NCBI GenBank assembly: GCA_964372275.1
Contig: CAYJRR010000012.1
Location: 1-50,893, forward strand
Direction of reading: 5' to 3'
DNA: 50,893 bases
Origin: an uncultured bacterium
GTDB lineage: Bacteria; CAYJRR01
Part shown: in pieces, positions 37,535 to 47,154 of the stretch
Numbering within the stretch: the first letter of the stretch is position 1
Layout: every line of letters begins with the position of its first letter
Notes under the pieces: generated by a model
The model's database searches: none
What the model saw: the letters and a program-made list of their open reading frames with translations, nothing else
What the model was told of the DNA's origin: nothing
Made by a program: the position numbers and the translations under genes

Positions 37535-37711
37535 GTGAACGAACGCGCAAACCATTCGGCACGGACCCTCGACCAGGCGCTCTCCGACCTGGCCGGAAAT
37601 CTGGGGCTCGACTTCGTCGTCGAGCTCGCCATGCAGACGCTCCGCCGGCTGTGGTTCGACCCGACCCCGGCGCGCGAGCCGGCAGAGTCGATGGTCGACG
37701 ATCAAAAGTAG
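37535..37711 (+). CDS. Small hypothetical protein (58 aa), not in the ORF track
   Basis: GTG...TAG ORF VNERANHSARTLDQALSDLAGNLGLDFVVELAMQTLRRLWFDPTPAREPAESMVDDQK with strong G/C third positions; fills the gap. Confidence 0.45.
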   Translation: MNERANHSARTLDQALSDLAGNLGLDFVVELAMQTLRRLWFDPTPAREPAESMVDDQK

Positions 37712-38307
37712 AGCGTCGGCCCGCCGCTCACGTAGTTGCGCAGCGAGCGATCCCGGTCCTTGAAGGCGTACCCCCCCTCGATCAGGAACGAGAGGTGCTC
37801 CGACATCACGATCCGGACTCCGAGGATCGCGCGCTGCCGGAAGACGTTCCGTTTGAGCTCCGGATCCCAATCGACGTCGAGGTCGTACCCGGCGTAGTAC
37901 GTGTTGTTCCGGATCTGCTCCGAGATCACCAGGCCCCCGTCGAGACCGATCGAGCTGCGGCGGTCGACCCCCTTCGGGGTCTCGATCCAATGGAGTCCGG
38001 TGGCGACCGCCAGCGCCGGATACCCTTCTCCGTCGGGCAGGAGCCCGTACTGCACGTCACCGCCGAAGTAGGTCGTCGGTTGGAAGAAGCCGACCCGGAA
38101 TCCGAGGTCGATGTTCTTCCCGATGCCGGCGCCGAGGTGGCCGTAGACGACGGTGTCGGTGCCGGGATTGAAGAGCGCCTCCCCTTCGAATCCCAGGGAG
38201 AAGGTCCCCCCTTCGAGCACCTCGCCGTCGTGGAACACCTCGGCCCGGGAGGAGGGAGACCGCAGGGCGGACGCGGCGAACGCCACGATCAGCACCGATC
38301 TCCGCAT
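37702..38307 (-). CDS. Small outer-membrane beta-barrel protein
   Basis: Signal peptide, Gly/aromatic alternating strands, C-terminal GGPTLYF. Confidence 0.75.
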   Translation of the reverse strand: MRRSVLIVAFAASALRSPSSRAEVFHDGEVLEGGTFSLGFEGEALFNPGTDTVVYGHLGAGIGKNIDLGFRVGFFQPTTYFGGDVQYGLLPDGEGYPALAVATGLHWIETPKGVDRRSSIGLDGGLVISEQIRNNTYYAGYDLDVDWDPELKRNVFRQRAILGVRIVMSEHLSFLIEGGYAFKDRDRSLRNYVSGGPTLYF

Positions 38308-38354
38308 ACAGTGAAGATCGTAGCGCCGACGCGAGGTTCGCGTCAGCAAAGAGC

Positions 38355-38388
38355 TTGCGCCGACGAAGACGGCGGGTACACTCCCGCG
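38355..38388 (+). promoter_or_regulatory. Stable-RNA-type sigma70 promoter for the tRNAs
   Basis: TTGCGC (38355-38360), 16 nt, TACACT (38377-38382), then GC-rich discriminator CCCGCG. Confidence 0.65.
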
Positions 38389-38395
38389 ACCGCAC

Positions 38396-38473
38396 GGTGG
38401 GTGTAGCTCAATTGGTCAGAGCACTGGACTGTGACTCCAGGGGTTGTGGGTTCAAGTCCCATCACTCACCCCA
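38396..38473 (+). tRNA. tRNA-His (GUG)
   Basis: G-1 + GTGGGTG/CACTCAC acceptor, C73, encoded CCA, anticodon arm CTGGA-CTGTGAC-TCCAG, GGTTCAAGT T-loop. Confidence 0.97.
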
Positions 38474-38553
38474 GAAAAATCGCGATTTGGTAACGTTGTA
38501 GGGAGACCGGGGCGACGCGCGCGGCGTGAAACCGCGCGCCCGCCCGCATCTTC

Positions 38554-38625
38554 CGGGGCGTAGCGCAGCGGTAGCGCGCCTGCTTTGGGAGCAGGATGTC
38601 GCCGGTTCGATCCCGGCCGCCCCGA
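38554..38625 (+). tRNA. tRNA-Pro (UGG), CCA not encoded
   Basis: CGGGGCG/CGCCCCG acceptor, A73, anticodon arm CCTGC-TTTGGGA-GCAGG, GGTTCGATC T-loop; followed by CCC. Confidence 0.95.
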
Positions 38626-38833
38626 CCCGACGTGCCCCGACGGGCCGACGCGCCCGTAGGGGTAGTCCCCGAGGTCGAAGCCGGTTTCGGGGGAGTCGCG
38701 GCGGGGAAGCACCGCCCCCGCGACCGGCTCGCTCCGATCGACCGTGCGGCCGGGCCGGCTCGGATCGGGCCGCAACACCGGCAACACCTTCTCGTTGAAC
38801 AGCCGGTTCGACATCCCTAAGGGAAACGTGGTC

Positions 38834-39370
38834 ATGGAATCGAGGATCAAGGTCGCCGGCCATCCATTGCACCCGATGCTGATCGTCTTTCCGCTCGGTC
38901 TGCTCGTGACCTCGTTCGTCTTCGACATCGTGCATGTGGCGACCGGCGATGCGGTGTGGGCGACCGTTTCGTTCCATCTCATCGGCGCGGGACTCGTCGG
39001 CGGGATCTTGGCCGGGATCCCCGGCCTGATCGACTGGCTGGCGGTCCCGCGTCGAACCCGCGCCTACGTGGTCGGCCTATGGCACGGGCTCGGCAACGTC
39101 GCGATGCTCACGCTGTTCGCGTTGAGCTGGATCCTGCGCCGGCCGGAGCCGGACTCGGTCGGGGCGATCCCGTTCGTGCTCTCGCTGCTGGGGATCGCGG
39201 CGATCGTCGTCACCGGCTGGCTCGGCGGCGAGATGGTCGATCGCCTGGGGGTCGGCGTCGACGACGGCGCCCACCTGAACGCCCCCAGCTCGCTCACCCG
39301 CCTTCCGGCCCGCGGCCAGGCCCCGCCCCCGACCGGCGGCGTCACCCGCCCGCACCGCGAACCCGCGTAG
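38834..39370 (+). CDS. DUF2231-family membrane protein
   Basis: GHPLHPMLIVFPLGL, PGLIDW, HGLGN, GWLGGEMVDRLGVGV. Confidence 0.85.
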   Translation: MESRIKVAGHPLHPMLIVFPLGLLVTSFVFDIVHVATGDAVWATVSFHLIGAGLVGGILAGIPGLIDWLAVPRRTRAYVVGLWHGLGNVAMLTLFALSWILRRPEPDSVGAIPFVLSLLGIAAIVVTGWLGGEMVDRLGVGVDDGAHLNAPSSLTRLPARGQAPPPTGGVTRPHREPA

Positions 39371-39438
39371 GCGGCGCAAGAACCGGCGCCTATTCCGTCC
39401 GTGCCGCCGTGGCGCGTTCGGCCGCGACGGTCGAACGC

Positions 39439-40029
39439 ATGGGCGCACTCTTTCCGCGATCGTCGAACACGTTCTTCCGGGTCGGCCTGGCAGGACTTCT
39501 CGGCGTCCTGCTCCTCGGGATCGGTGGGCCGATGCTCTACGCGCGCTCCCCGTACGCGACCGGACGCTCGCAGCCGGTCGCCCAGCCGGTGGCCTTCGAT
39601 CATCGCCACCACGTCGCCGACGACGCGATCGACTGCCGCTATTGCCACCAGACGGTCGAGCGGTCGGCGTGGGCAGGTCTCCCGGCGACCGAGGTCTGCA
39701 TGGGTTGCCACGCCCAGATCTGGAGCCGCAGCCCGATCCTTGCGGCGGTACGCGCGGCCCATTTCGAGGGGACGCCGATCCCCTGGGTGCGGGTCCACCG
39801 GCTCCCCGAGTTCGTCTACTTCGACCACTCGATCCACGTGGCGAAAGGGGTCGGGTGCGCCGTCTGCCACGGCGAGGTCGAACGGATGGCCGCGGTGGAG
39901 CAGGCCTCGCCGATGACGATGGGGTGGTGCCTGGACTGTCACCGCGATCCCGCGCGCGCGCTCGGCGAAGAGGTCGTGCGCGCGCGCGACCTCCGACCTC
40001 GAACCTCCTGCACCACCTGCCACCGATGA
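39439..40029 (+). CDS. actA: Alternative complex III pentaheme cytochrome c ActA
   Basis: TM + five CxxCH (CRYCH, CMGCH, CAVCH, CLDCH, CTTCH), QPVAFDHRHH, FVYFDHSIH, TMGWC. Confidence 0.95.
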   Translation: MGALFPRSSNTFFRVGLAGLLGVLLLGIGGPMLYARSPYATGRSQPVAQPVAFDHRHHVADDAIDCRYCHQTVERSAWAGLPATEVCMGCHAQIWSRSPILAAVRAAHFEGTPIPWVRVHRLPEFVYFDHSIHVAKGVGCAVCHGEVERMAAVEQASPMTMGWCLDCHRDPARALGEEVVRARDLRPRTSCTTCHR

Positions 40030-42863
40030 GCGGCGAGGCGATCGACCGCCGCGGGTTCCTGCAGTGGCTCGCCGGGTCGGCGGCGTCGGCGGCCGCAGTG
40101 GCGGGCTGCGGGCAGGGGCGTGAGACGGCGCTTCCCTACGGGCGCCAGCCGCCGGAGGTCGTTCCCGGCCGCGCCCTCCACTTCGCCAGCGCGTCGGTGT
40201 TGGACGGCGCGGCGACCGGTCTCCTGGTCACGAGCCACGCCGGGCGGCCGACCAAGGTCGAGGGGAACCGATCGCATCCGGCGAGCCTGGGCGCGACGAC
40301 GGCGCAGCACCAGGCGATGATCGCCAGCCTCTACGACCCCCGCCGCGCGTCGATCCACCGCCATCGCGGAGAGCCCCGCTCCTGGTCGGCGGTCGTCGAC
40401 GCGCTCCGATCGATCGCGGCGCGGCACCGGGAGGACGACGGCCGGTCGTTCCGACTGCTGCTCGAGCCGACCTCCTCGCCGACGCTGCTCGAACTGCGCG
40501 CGAGGGTCGCGCGGCGGTTCCCGCGCGCCGTCTTCCATCGCCTCGGCCCCTTCGCGTCGGGCCACGCGGCGGACGGGGCGCGCCTCGCCTTCGGCCGACG
40601 GCTCCTCGTCCGCTACGACCTGGCGCGGGCCACGACGGTCCTTTCGCTGGACGCCGACCTCCTGGGAACGATGTCCGACCGGCTCCGTCACGCGCGCGGA
40701 TTCGCGGAGACCCGGGTGGGGAAGGAGGTCGGGCGGCTCTACGCGGCGGAGGCGTCGATGACGTTGACCGGCGCGGCCGCCGACGAGCGGCTTCCCCTGC
40801 GTTCCGCGGAGATCGAGGCGGCGGCGCGGCGTCTCGTCCGGTCGCTGGCGGCGCTCGCCGGTTCACCGCTCGACCGGCTGCGACGGCTGCCTTCGGTCCC
40901 GCTCGCCGCCGAGGCCACTCGCTGGATCGACGCCGCCGCGGCGGCGCTTCACCGCGCGGGGCCCTCCGGTCTGGTCGCCGTCGGTCCGCGGCAGCCGCCC
41001 GTCGTCCACGCGCTCGCCCACGCGATCCACGCCGCGCTCGGGTCGGTCGGCCGGACCGTGCACCTCTCCCGCTCGCCGCTGCTCGACGCGGAGCCCCAGG
41101 CGACGCTCTCCGACCTGGTCGGGGCCATCGATCGCGGCGAAGTGGAGTCGCTGGTGGTGACGGCGTGGAACCCGGTCTACCGGGCGCCGGCCGACCTCCC
41201 GTTGGCGGAGCGATTCGCCTCCGTACCCTCCGCCTTCTATCTCGCGACGCACGAAGACGAGACCTCGGCCGCCTGCGCCTGGTTCGTCCCAAAGCGCCAC
41301 GAGCTCGAGTCCTGGGAGGACGCGCGCGCGCTCGACGGGACGGTCACCTTCCAGCAGCCGCTGATCGAACCGCTCTTCCACGGGCGGCAGGAGTCGGAGC
41401 TTTGGGCGGAGGTCCTCGGCGGCGCGTCCGCGACTTCGACCGATCCGCGGGAGATCCTGGTCGCGTCGTGGCGCGAACGGACCGGGTCCGACGGGTTCGA
41501 CGAGCGGTGGGAGCGATGGCTCCGCGACGGGTTCCAGCAGGGGACGGCGTCGGCCGCGGAGCCGGCGCCGGTGCGCTGGCCGGCGATCGCCGCCGCGCTC
41601 GCGGCGCCACCGGCGACCGCCGGCGGCGTCGCGGTCGAGTTCCGGCTCGACGAGAAGGTCCACGACGGGCGCTTCGGGCGGAACCGCTGGCTCCAGGAGC
41701 TGCCGCATCCGTCGACGTCGATCGCGTGGGACAACGCCGCGCTGGTCGCCCCGGCGACGGCGCGGAGGCTTCGGGTCGAAAACGGAGACGTCGTCCGGAT
41801 CTCGCTCGGCGGGCGCGGGCTCGAGGCGCCGGTCTGGATCGACCGTGGGCACGTCGAGGAGGCGGTGACCCTTCCGCTCGGCTACGGGCGCGAGGTGGAG
41901 CCGGGGGAGCGGGTCGGATTCGACGCCGGCGCGATCCGGCGGGCGAACGCTCCGTGGTTCGACGCGGGGGCCACGATCGTCCCGGCCGGACGGCGCCACC
42001 GCTTCGCCGTCGTGCAGGAGCACCACCGGATGGACGGTCGGCCGCTGGCGCTTGCCGTCACCGCGGCCTCGTTCGATCCGCACTCGCTCGACGAGCACCG
42101 GGGCCCCTTGCCCACGCTCTTCGGCGAGCCCGCTCCGGCGCCGTTCGACCACGGCCACCGCTGGGCGATGGCGATCGACCTCGCGCGCTGCGTCGGCTGC
42201 GCCGCCTGCGTCATCGCCTGCCAGGCCGAGAACAACATACCGGTCGTCGGGCGCGAGGGGGTCGCCCGCGGCCGCGAGATGCACTGGCTCCGCATCGACC
42301 GCTACTACGAAGGGGAGGACGACCGTCCCACCGTCGTCTCCCAGCCGGTCGCCTGCGTCCATTGCGAGGACGCCCCGTGCGAGTACGTCTGTCCCGTCAA
42401 CGCCACCGTCCACAGCGACGAAGGCCTGAACGAGATGGTCTACAACCGCTGCGTCGGGACCCGCTTCTGTTCCAACAACTGTCCCTACAAGGTCCGGCGC
42501 TTCAACTACTTCCATTACCAGGCCGACCGCCAGCCGGTGGAGGAGCTGGCCCTGAACCCCGACGTGACCGTCCGGGCCCGCGGGGTGATGGAGAAGTGCA
42601 CCTACTGCGTGCAGCGCATCGAGCGGGCGCGCATCGATGCGCGCGTGGCCGGGGTTCCGCTCGACGACGGCGCCGTCGTCACCGCCTGCGCGCAGGCCTG
42701 CCCGGCGGAGGCGATCGTCTTCGGCGATCTCGCCGATCCGACGTCGCGGGTGTCGCGCCTGCACCGGAACGATCGGCGCTACGACCTCCTTCACGCGCTC
42801 GGCACGCGCCCGCGCACCGCCTACCTGGTCAAGCTCCGCAACCCCGATCCGGAGCTGGCGTGA
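40026..42863 (+). CDS. actB: Alternative complex III ActB (molybdopterin-oxidoreductase-like domain fused to Fe-S domain)
   Basis: Tat RRGFL + AGC, GRPTKVEGN, WLQELP, CVGCAACVIAC, CVHCEDAPCEYVCP, CVGTRFCSNNCP, KCTYC. Confidence 0.95.
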   Translation: MSGEAIDRRGFLQWLAGSAASAAAVAGCGQGRETALPYGRQPPEVVPGRALHFASASVLDGAATGLLVTSHAGRPTKVEGNRSHPASLGATTAQHQAMIASLYDPRRASIHRHRGEPRSWSAVVDALRSIAARHREDDGRSFRLLLEPTSSPTLLELRARVARRFPRAVFHRLGPFASGHAADGARLAFGRRLLVRYDLARATTVLSLDADLLGTMSDRLRHARGFAETRVGKEVGRLYAAEASMTLTGAAADERLPLRSAEIEAAARRLVRSLAALAGSPLDRLRRLPSVPLAAEATRWIDAAAAALHRAGPSGLVAVGPRQPPVVHALAHAIHAALGSVGRTVHLSRSPLLDAEPQATLSDLVGAIDRGEVESLVVTAWNPVYRAPADLPLAERFASVPSAFYLATHEDETSAACAWFVPKRHELESWEDARALDGTVTFQQPLIEPLFHGRQESELWAEVLGGASATSTDPREILVASWRERTGSDGFDERWERWLRDGFQQGTASAAEPAPVRWPAIAAALAAPPATAGGVAVEFRLDEKVHDGRFGRNRWLQELPHPSTSIAWDNAALVAPATARRLRVENGDVVRISLGGRGLEAPVWIDRGHVEEAVTLPLGYGREVEPGERVGFDAGAIRRANAPWFDAGATIVPAGRRHRFAVVQEHHRMDGRPLALAVTAASFDPHSLDEHRGPLPTLFGEPAPAPFDHGHRWAMAIDLARCVGCAACVIACQAENNIPVVGREGVARGREMHWLRIDRYYEGEDDRPTVVSQPVACVHCEDAPCEYVCPVNATVHSDEGLNEMVYNRCVGTRFCSNNCPYKVRRFNYFHYQADRQPVEELALNPDVTVRARGVMEKCTYCVQRIERARIDARVAGVPLDDGAVVTACAQACPAEAIVFGDLADPTSRVSRLHRNDRRYDLLHALGTRPRTAYLVKLRNPDPELA

Positions 42864-44300
42864 ATGGAGCCGCATCCCGGCGTCGGGACGCGCGAGGAGC
42901 GCCGGCTGCGCGATCCGCTCGAGCCGGAGCCGGTCCTGCTCGGCCGGCACGACGACGTCTCCCTCACCACCCGCCTGCTGCGCCCGGTCTGGACGCGGCC
43001 GGGGAGGGGTTGGTGGATCCTGTTCGCGGCGTCGGGGTCGCTCACCGCGCTGTTGGTCGTGGGCGTCGCCGTCACCTTCGGGCGCGGCGTCGGCACCTGG
43101 GGGAACAACATGCCGGTCGCCTGGGCGTTCGGGATCACCAACTTCGTGTGGTGGATCGGGATCGGCCACGCCGGGACGTTGATCTCCGCGATCCTGCTCT
43201 TGATGCACCAGCCGTGGCGGACGTCGATCAACCGCTTCGCCGAGGCGATGACGTTGTTCGCCGTGATCTGCGCCGGCCTCTACCCGGTCCTCCACCTCGG
43301 GCGGCCGTGGTTCTTCTACTGGCTGATCCCCTATCCGAGCCGCCTCGCGGTCTGGCCGCAGTTCAAGAGCGCCCTGGTCTGGGACGTCTTTGCCATCTCC
43401 ACCTACTTCACCGTCTCATTCCTATTTTGGTACATCGGGATGATCCCCGACCTGGCGACGCTCCGCGATGCATCGCCGTCGCGGCGGCAGCGGATCGTCT
43501 ACGGGATCCTCTCCCTCGGCTGGCGCAACTCGGCGCGCCACTGGCACGACTACCGGATCGCCTACCTGCTGCTGGCCGGGATCGCGACCCCGCTCGTTGT
43601 CAGCGTGCACACCGTCGTCAGCTTCGACTTCGCCACCTCCGTCCTCCCCGGATGGCACTCGACGATCTTTCCGCCCTACTTCGTGGCCGGCGCGGTCTTC
43701 AGCGGCTTCGCGATGGTGGTGACGCTGCTCGTCCCGGCGAGGCGGGCGCTGGGCCTGGGCGAGTTCGTGACGCTCAAGCACATGGACAACATGGCGAAGG
43801 TGATGCTCGTGACCGGGCTGATGGTGGCCTACGGCTACCTGGTCGAGCATTTCATCGCCTGGTACGGCGGCAACGACTACGAGGCGTTCGCCTTCCGGAA
43901 CCGGCAGCTCGGGCCCTACGCCTTCGTCTACTGGACGATGGTTGCCTGCAACGTGCTGGTGCCGCAGCTGTTCTGGTCGGGCCGACTGCGGCGAAACATG
44001 GCGGTCCTCTGGACCGCGTCGATCCTGATCAACGTCGGGATGTGGTGCGAGCGGTTCGTCATCATCGTCACCTCGCTGCACCGCGATTTCCTCCCGTCCA
44101 GCTGGGGGACGTTCGTGCCCACCTGGGTCGACGCGAGCCTGCTCTTCGGATCGATCGGCCTGTTCGGCCTCCTCTTCCTCCTCTTCCTCCGGTTCGTCCC
44201 GCCGGTCGCGGTCGCGGAGATGAAGGAGCTCCGTCACGAGCTCGCCGGGCCCCACCCTCGGCCCCCCGAGCTCGCGCTCCACGACGGAGGTGGCGGATGA
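42864..44300 (+). CDS. actC: Alternative complex III ActC (NrfD/PsrC family)
   Basis: [50 protein letters not shown]. Confidence 0.96.
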   Translation: MEPHPGVGTREERRLRDPLEPEPVLLGRHDDVSLTTRLLRPVWTRPGRGWWILFAASGSLTALLVVGVAVTFGRGVGTWGNNMPVAWAFGITNFVWWIGIGHAGTLISAILLLMHQPWRTSINRFAEAMTLFAVICAGLYPVLHLGRPWFFYWLIPYPSRLAVWPQFKSALVWDVFAISTYFTVSFLFWYIGMIPDLATLRDASPSRRQRIVYGILSLGWRNSARHWHDYRIAYLLLAGIATPLVVSVHTVVSFDFATSVLPGWHSTIFPPYFVAGAVFSGFAMVVTLLVPARRALGLGEFVTLKHMDNMAKVMLVTGLMVAYGYLVEHFIAWYGGNDYEAFAFRNRQLGPYAFVYWTMVACNVLVPQLFWSGRLRRNMAVLWTASILINVGMWCERFVIIVTSLHRDFLPSSWGTFVPTWVDASLLFGSIGLFGLLFLLFLRFVPPVAVAEMKELRHELAGPHPRPPELALHDGGGG

Positions 44301-44836
44301 GCGCGGCGCCGTCGGCGACAGTTCTCGGACGATTCGGCTCCGGAGAGGAGGCGGTCGCGGCCGTGCGCGCGCTCCGGGCGCGGGGCGAACGAAACCTCGA
44401 CGCCTACTCCCCGCATCCGCTGCCGGAGCTGTCGGACGCGTTGGGACTGCGTCCCTCGCCGGTACCGCGGATGGCCGCGGCGGGTGCGGTGGTCGGCGCG
44501 GTGGCCGGGTACGGGATCCAGTGGTTCGCGAACGTCGCCGACTATCCGATCGACGTCGGCGGTCGCCCGGTCCACGGGCCGCTCGCCTTCCTGCCGGTGA
44601 CCTTCGAGCTGGCCGTCCTGTGCTGCGCCCTTTCGATCGTCGTCGGGCTGCTACTGCGCATGGGCCTTCCGCGGCCGTGGCACCCGGTGTTCGAGGTCGA
44701 CGAATTCCGGTCGAGCTCGCTCGACGGCTACTGGGTCGGCGTCCGGGTCGAACCGGCCCGAGATCCACAGCTCCTCGCCCGGGAGATGGAGTCCCTCGGC
44801 GGCCGCTCGGTCCACGTGGTGGAGATCGCCGAATGA
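44297..44836 (+). CDS. actD: Alternative complex III ActD (DUF3341)
   Basis: [29 protein letters not shown]. Confidence 0.93.
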   Translation: MSAAPSATVLGRFGSGEEAVAAVRALRARGERNLDAYSPHPLPELSDALGLRPSPVPRMAAAGAVVGAVAGYGIQWFANVADYPIDVGGRPVHGPLAFLPVTFELAVLCCALSIVVGLLLRMGLPRPWHPVFEVDEFRSSSLDGYWVGVRVEPARDPQLLAREMESLGGRSVHVVEIAE

Positions 44837-45569
44837 GCCGTCGGCGCGCGACGCTCGCCGCAGGGGTCTTGCTCGTCGCGGGCTGCGGGGACGATCCGTT
44901 CCAGCGGATGATCGAGCAGCCGAAGCTGGAGCCGTACGAGACGAGCCGCTTCTTCGAGGACGGCCGTTCGATGCGCACGCCGCCGGCCGGGACGGTCCCG
45001 CGCGAGCGCGCGCCCGCCGACGCCGGTCCGGTCCTGGTCACGCGGGCGCTGCTCGAGCGCGGACGCTCGCGCTTCGAGATCCACTGCGCGACCTGTCACG
45101 GTCTCCTCGGCGACGGTCGCAGCGAGGTCGGGCGGAACATGTCGCTCGTCCGGCCTCCGCCGCTCGGCCCCCACGCCGGACACGCCCCCGCCTTTCTCGT
45201 CCGGGTGATCACCGAGGGGCGCGGGCTGATGCCCTCCTACGCCGCCGCGCTCCCGGTCGAAGATCGTTGGGCGGTGGCGGCCTACGTCCGGGCGCTCGCG
45301 CGCAGCCAGGCGACACCCGTCGCCGAGCTCACCGTCGAGGAGCGCGCGCGGCTCTCCGCCGGCGGCAGGCCCGACGCCGGCGGCNNNNNNNNNNNNNNNN
45401 NNNNNNNNNNNNNNNNNNNNNNNNNNNNNNNNNNNNNNNNNNNNNNNNNNNNNNNNNNNNNNNNNNNNNNNNNNNNNNNNNNNNCACCGTCGAGGAGCGC
45501 GCGCGGCTCTCCGCCGGCGGCAGGCCCGACGCCGGCGGCGGTACGGCCGGGGAGGAGGAGGCCCGATGA
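44833..45569 (+). CDS. actE: Alternative complex III monoheme lipoprotein ActE (interrupted by an assembly gap)
   Basis: Lipobox VAGC, MIEQPK, RTPPAGTVPR, CATCHG, MPSY, DRWAVAAYVRAL; removing the gap and 55-nt overlap gives an in-frame 193-aa ORF. Confidence 0.9.
45385..45484. other. 100-N scaffold gap flanked by a 55-nt duplicated overlap
   Basis: 45330-45384 is identical to 45485-45539. Confidence 0.95.
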
Positions 45570-46768
45570 GCGCCGTCCGTTCGGCGGTCCGGCCGCTCCG
45601 TCCGTTCGAGGGAGGGGGTGGAGCGATCGCGGGTTCGGCCGCCGTCGGAGCGGCCGGCCTGGCGTGGGTCGCCGTCGCCGCCGCGGCCGAACCGCGGGCC
45701 GCCGCGCACGCCTACCTGCTCGCCTTCGCCTATTGGGCCGGGATCGCGGTCGCGTCGCTCGCCCTGCTCGCCATCTTCCATGCCGCGCGCGCGCGTTGGA
45801 TCGTCGTCCTGCGCCGCGCGCTGGAGGCGATCGCCTTCGGATGCGTCGTGCTCCTCCCGCTGTTCGTCCCGATCGCGCTGTCGATCGGCGAGATCTATCC
45901 CTGGGCCGATCCGGCCTCGGCGTTCGATCCGCACGCCGAAGCGCTCCTCGCGAAGAAGCGCGCCTGGCTCGACGTGCCGGCCTTCCTGCTGCGCGCCGTC
46001 CTCTACCTCGCCCTCTGGGCCGCGGTCGCCGCGCTGCTGCGGAGTCTCTCCCGCCGCCAGGACGTGCGCGGCGGATTCGACCTCACCGCGCGGCAGCGTG
46101 TGGTGGGGTCCGCCGCCCTGCCGCTTCTGGCGGTCACCGGGACCTTCGCCGCGTTCGACTGGCTGATGTCGCTCGATCCGCTCTGGTACTCGACCGTCTT
46201 CGGTCTCTACTACCTTGCCGGCTCGATGGTCGCGGCGGTCGCTCTCCTCGTCCTGGTCGCGGCGTTCGCGTTGTCGGAGGGTTGGCTGGGGGGGCTCACC
46301 CGTCCGATCCACCTGGTCGATCTCGGCAAGCTGCTGCTCGCCTTCGTCCCGTTCTGGGCCTACATCGCCTTCTCGCAGGCGCTCCTGGTATGGATCGCCG
46401 ACCTCCCGGAGGAGGTCCCCTGGTACCTGCTCCGCCTGCGGCCTCCGTGGCGCGCAGTCGGGCTCTTGGCGGTGGTCGGTCAGTTCGTCGTGCCGTTCGC
46501 CTTCCTGCTCTCCCGCGCGCGCAAGGGGAGACCGCGGTCGATGGGGCTCCTCGCCCTCTGGATCCTGGGGGTCCACTTCGCCGACCTGTTGTGGATCGTG
46601 GGCCCCGTTCTTCGGCCCTCGGGTCCGGTGTTGCGGGCGATCGACCTCGCCGCGCTCGTCGGCGTCGGGGGGGTCTGCGCCGCCTTCGTGCTCGCCTCGC
46701 AGCGCGGGGCGTACACCGTTCCGGTCGGAGATCCGTACCTCGAAGACTCGCAGGTGTATCGCCGATGA
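45566..46768 (+). CDS. actF: Alternative complex III ActF
   Basis: ~10 TMs, IYPW, FDWLMSLDPLWYSTVFG, DLGKLLLAF, FSQALLVWIADLPEE. Confidence 0.93.
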   Translation: MSAVRSAVRPLRPFEGGGGAIAGSAAVGAAGLAWVAVAAAAEPRAAAHAYLLAFAYWAGIAVASLALLAIFHAARARWIVVLRRALEAIAFGCVVLLPLFVPIALSIGEIYPWADPASAFDPHAEALLAKKRAWLDVPAFLLRAVLYLALWAAVAALLRSLSRRQDVRGGFDLTARQRVVGSAALPLLAVTGTFAAFDWLMSLDPLWYSTVFGLYYLAGSMVAAVALLVLVAAFALSEGWLGGLTRPIHLVDLGKLLLAFVPFWAYIAFSQALLVWIADLPEEVPWYLLRLRPPWRAVGLLAVVGQFVVPFAFLLSRARKGRPRSMGLLALWILGVHFADLLWIVGPVLRPSGPVLRAIDLAALVGVGGVCAAFVLASQRGAYTVPVGDPYLEDSQVYRR

Positions 46769-47154
46769 GCGACTTCCCCTCGCTCGACCGGGGGCGCGCC
46801 GGTCGCCCGCAGCACGTGCCCGACGTCGTCCGCCTGCGCTTCGTGGTGGCGGTCGGGACGACGACGCTCGTCCTGTTCGCGTTGGCGACGGCGGCCTCGA
46901 CGGCGATCTATCTCCGAGGACGTGGATCGGTCCCGGCGGCGGAGAGGGCCGCCGAGCCGGTGGCGGCGGGCCGAACGGTGATCGGGATCGTCGACCAGCT
47001 CCCGTTCGAGGTGGCGGGCGAGGAGCGGTCCCGGCGGGAGGCGGAGCGGCGGCGCCTCGGTTCCTACGGGTGGGTCGACCGGGATCGAGGCCTGGTCCAC
47101 GTGCCGATCGAGCGGGCGTTCGACCGGATCGTGGCGGAGGAGGGGGGACGATGA
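46765..47154 (+). CDS. actG: ActG-like small membrane protein
   Basis: Single TM and YGWVDRDRGLVHVPIERA motif; follows actF. Confidence 0.75.
   Translation: MSDFPSLDRGRAGRPQHVPDVVRLRFVVAVGTTTLVLFALATAASTAIYLRGRGSVPAAERAAEPVAAGRTVIGIVDQLPFEVAGEERSRREAERRRLGSYGWVDRDRGLVHVPIERAFDRIVAEEGGR

Noticed and set aside
38396-38641. tRNAs as attachment sites of a genomic island (glycan cluster or ACIII operon)
   Set aside because: No integrase, no convincing duplicate of either tRNA 3' end seen, and no obvious composition shift.
45330-45539. 55-nt direct repeat around the N run, apparently breaking actE
   Set aside because: Exact overlap on both sides of a 100-N gap; collapsing it restores an in-frame actE. 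This is an assembly artefact, not a repeat or pseudogene.
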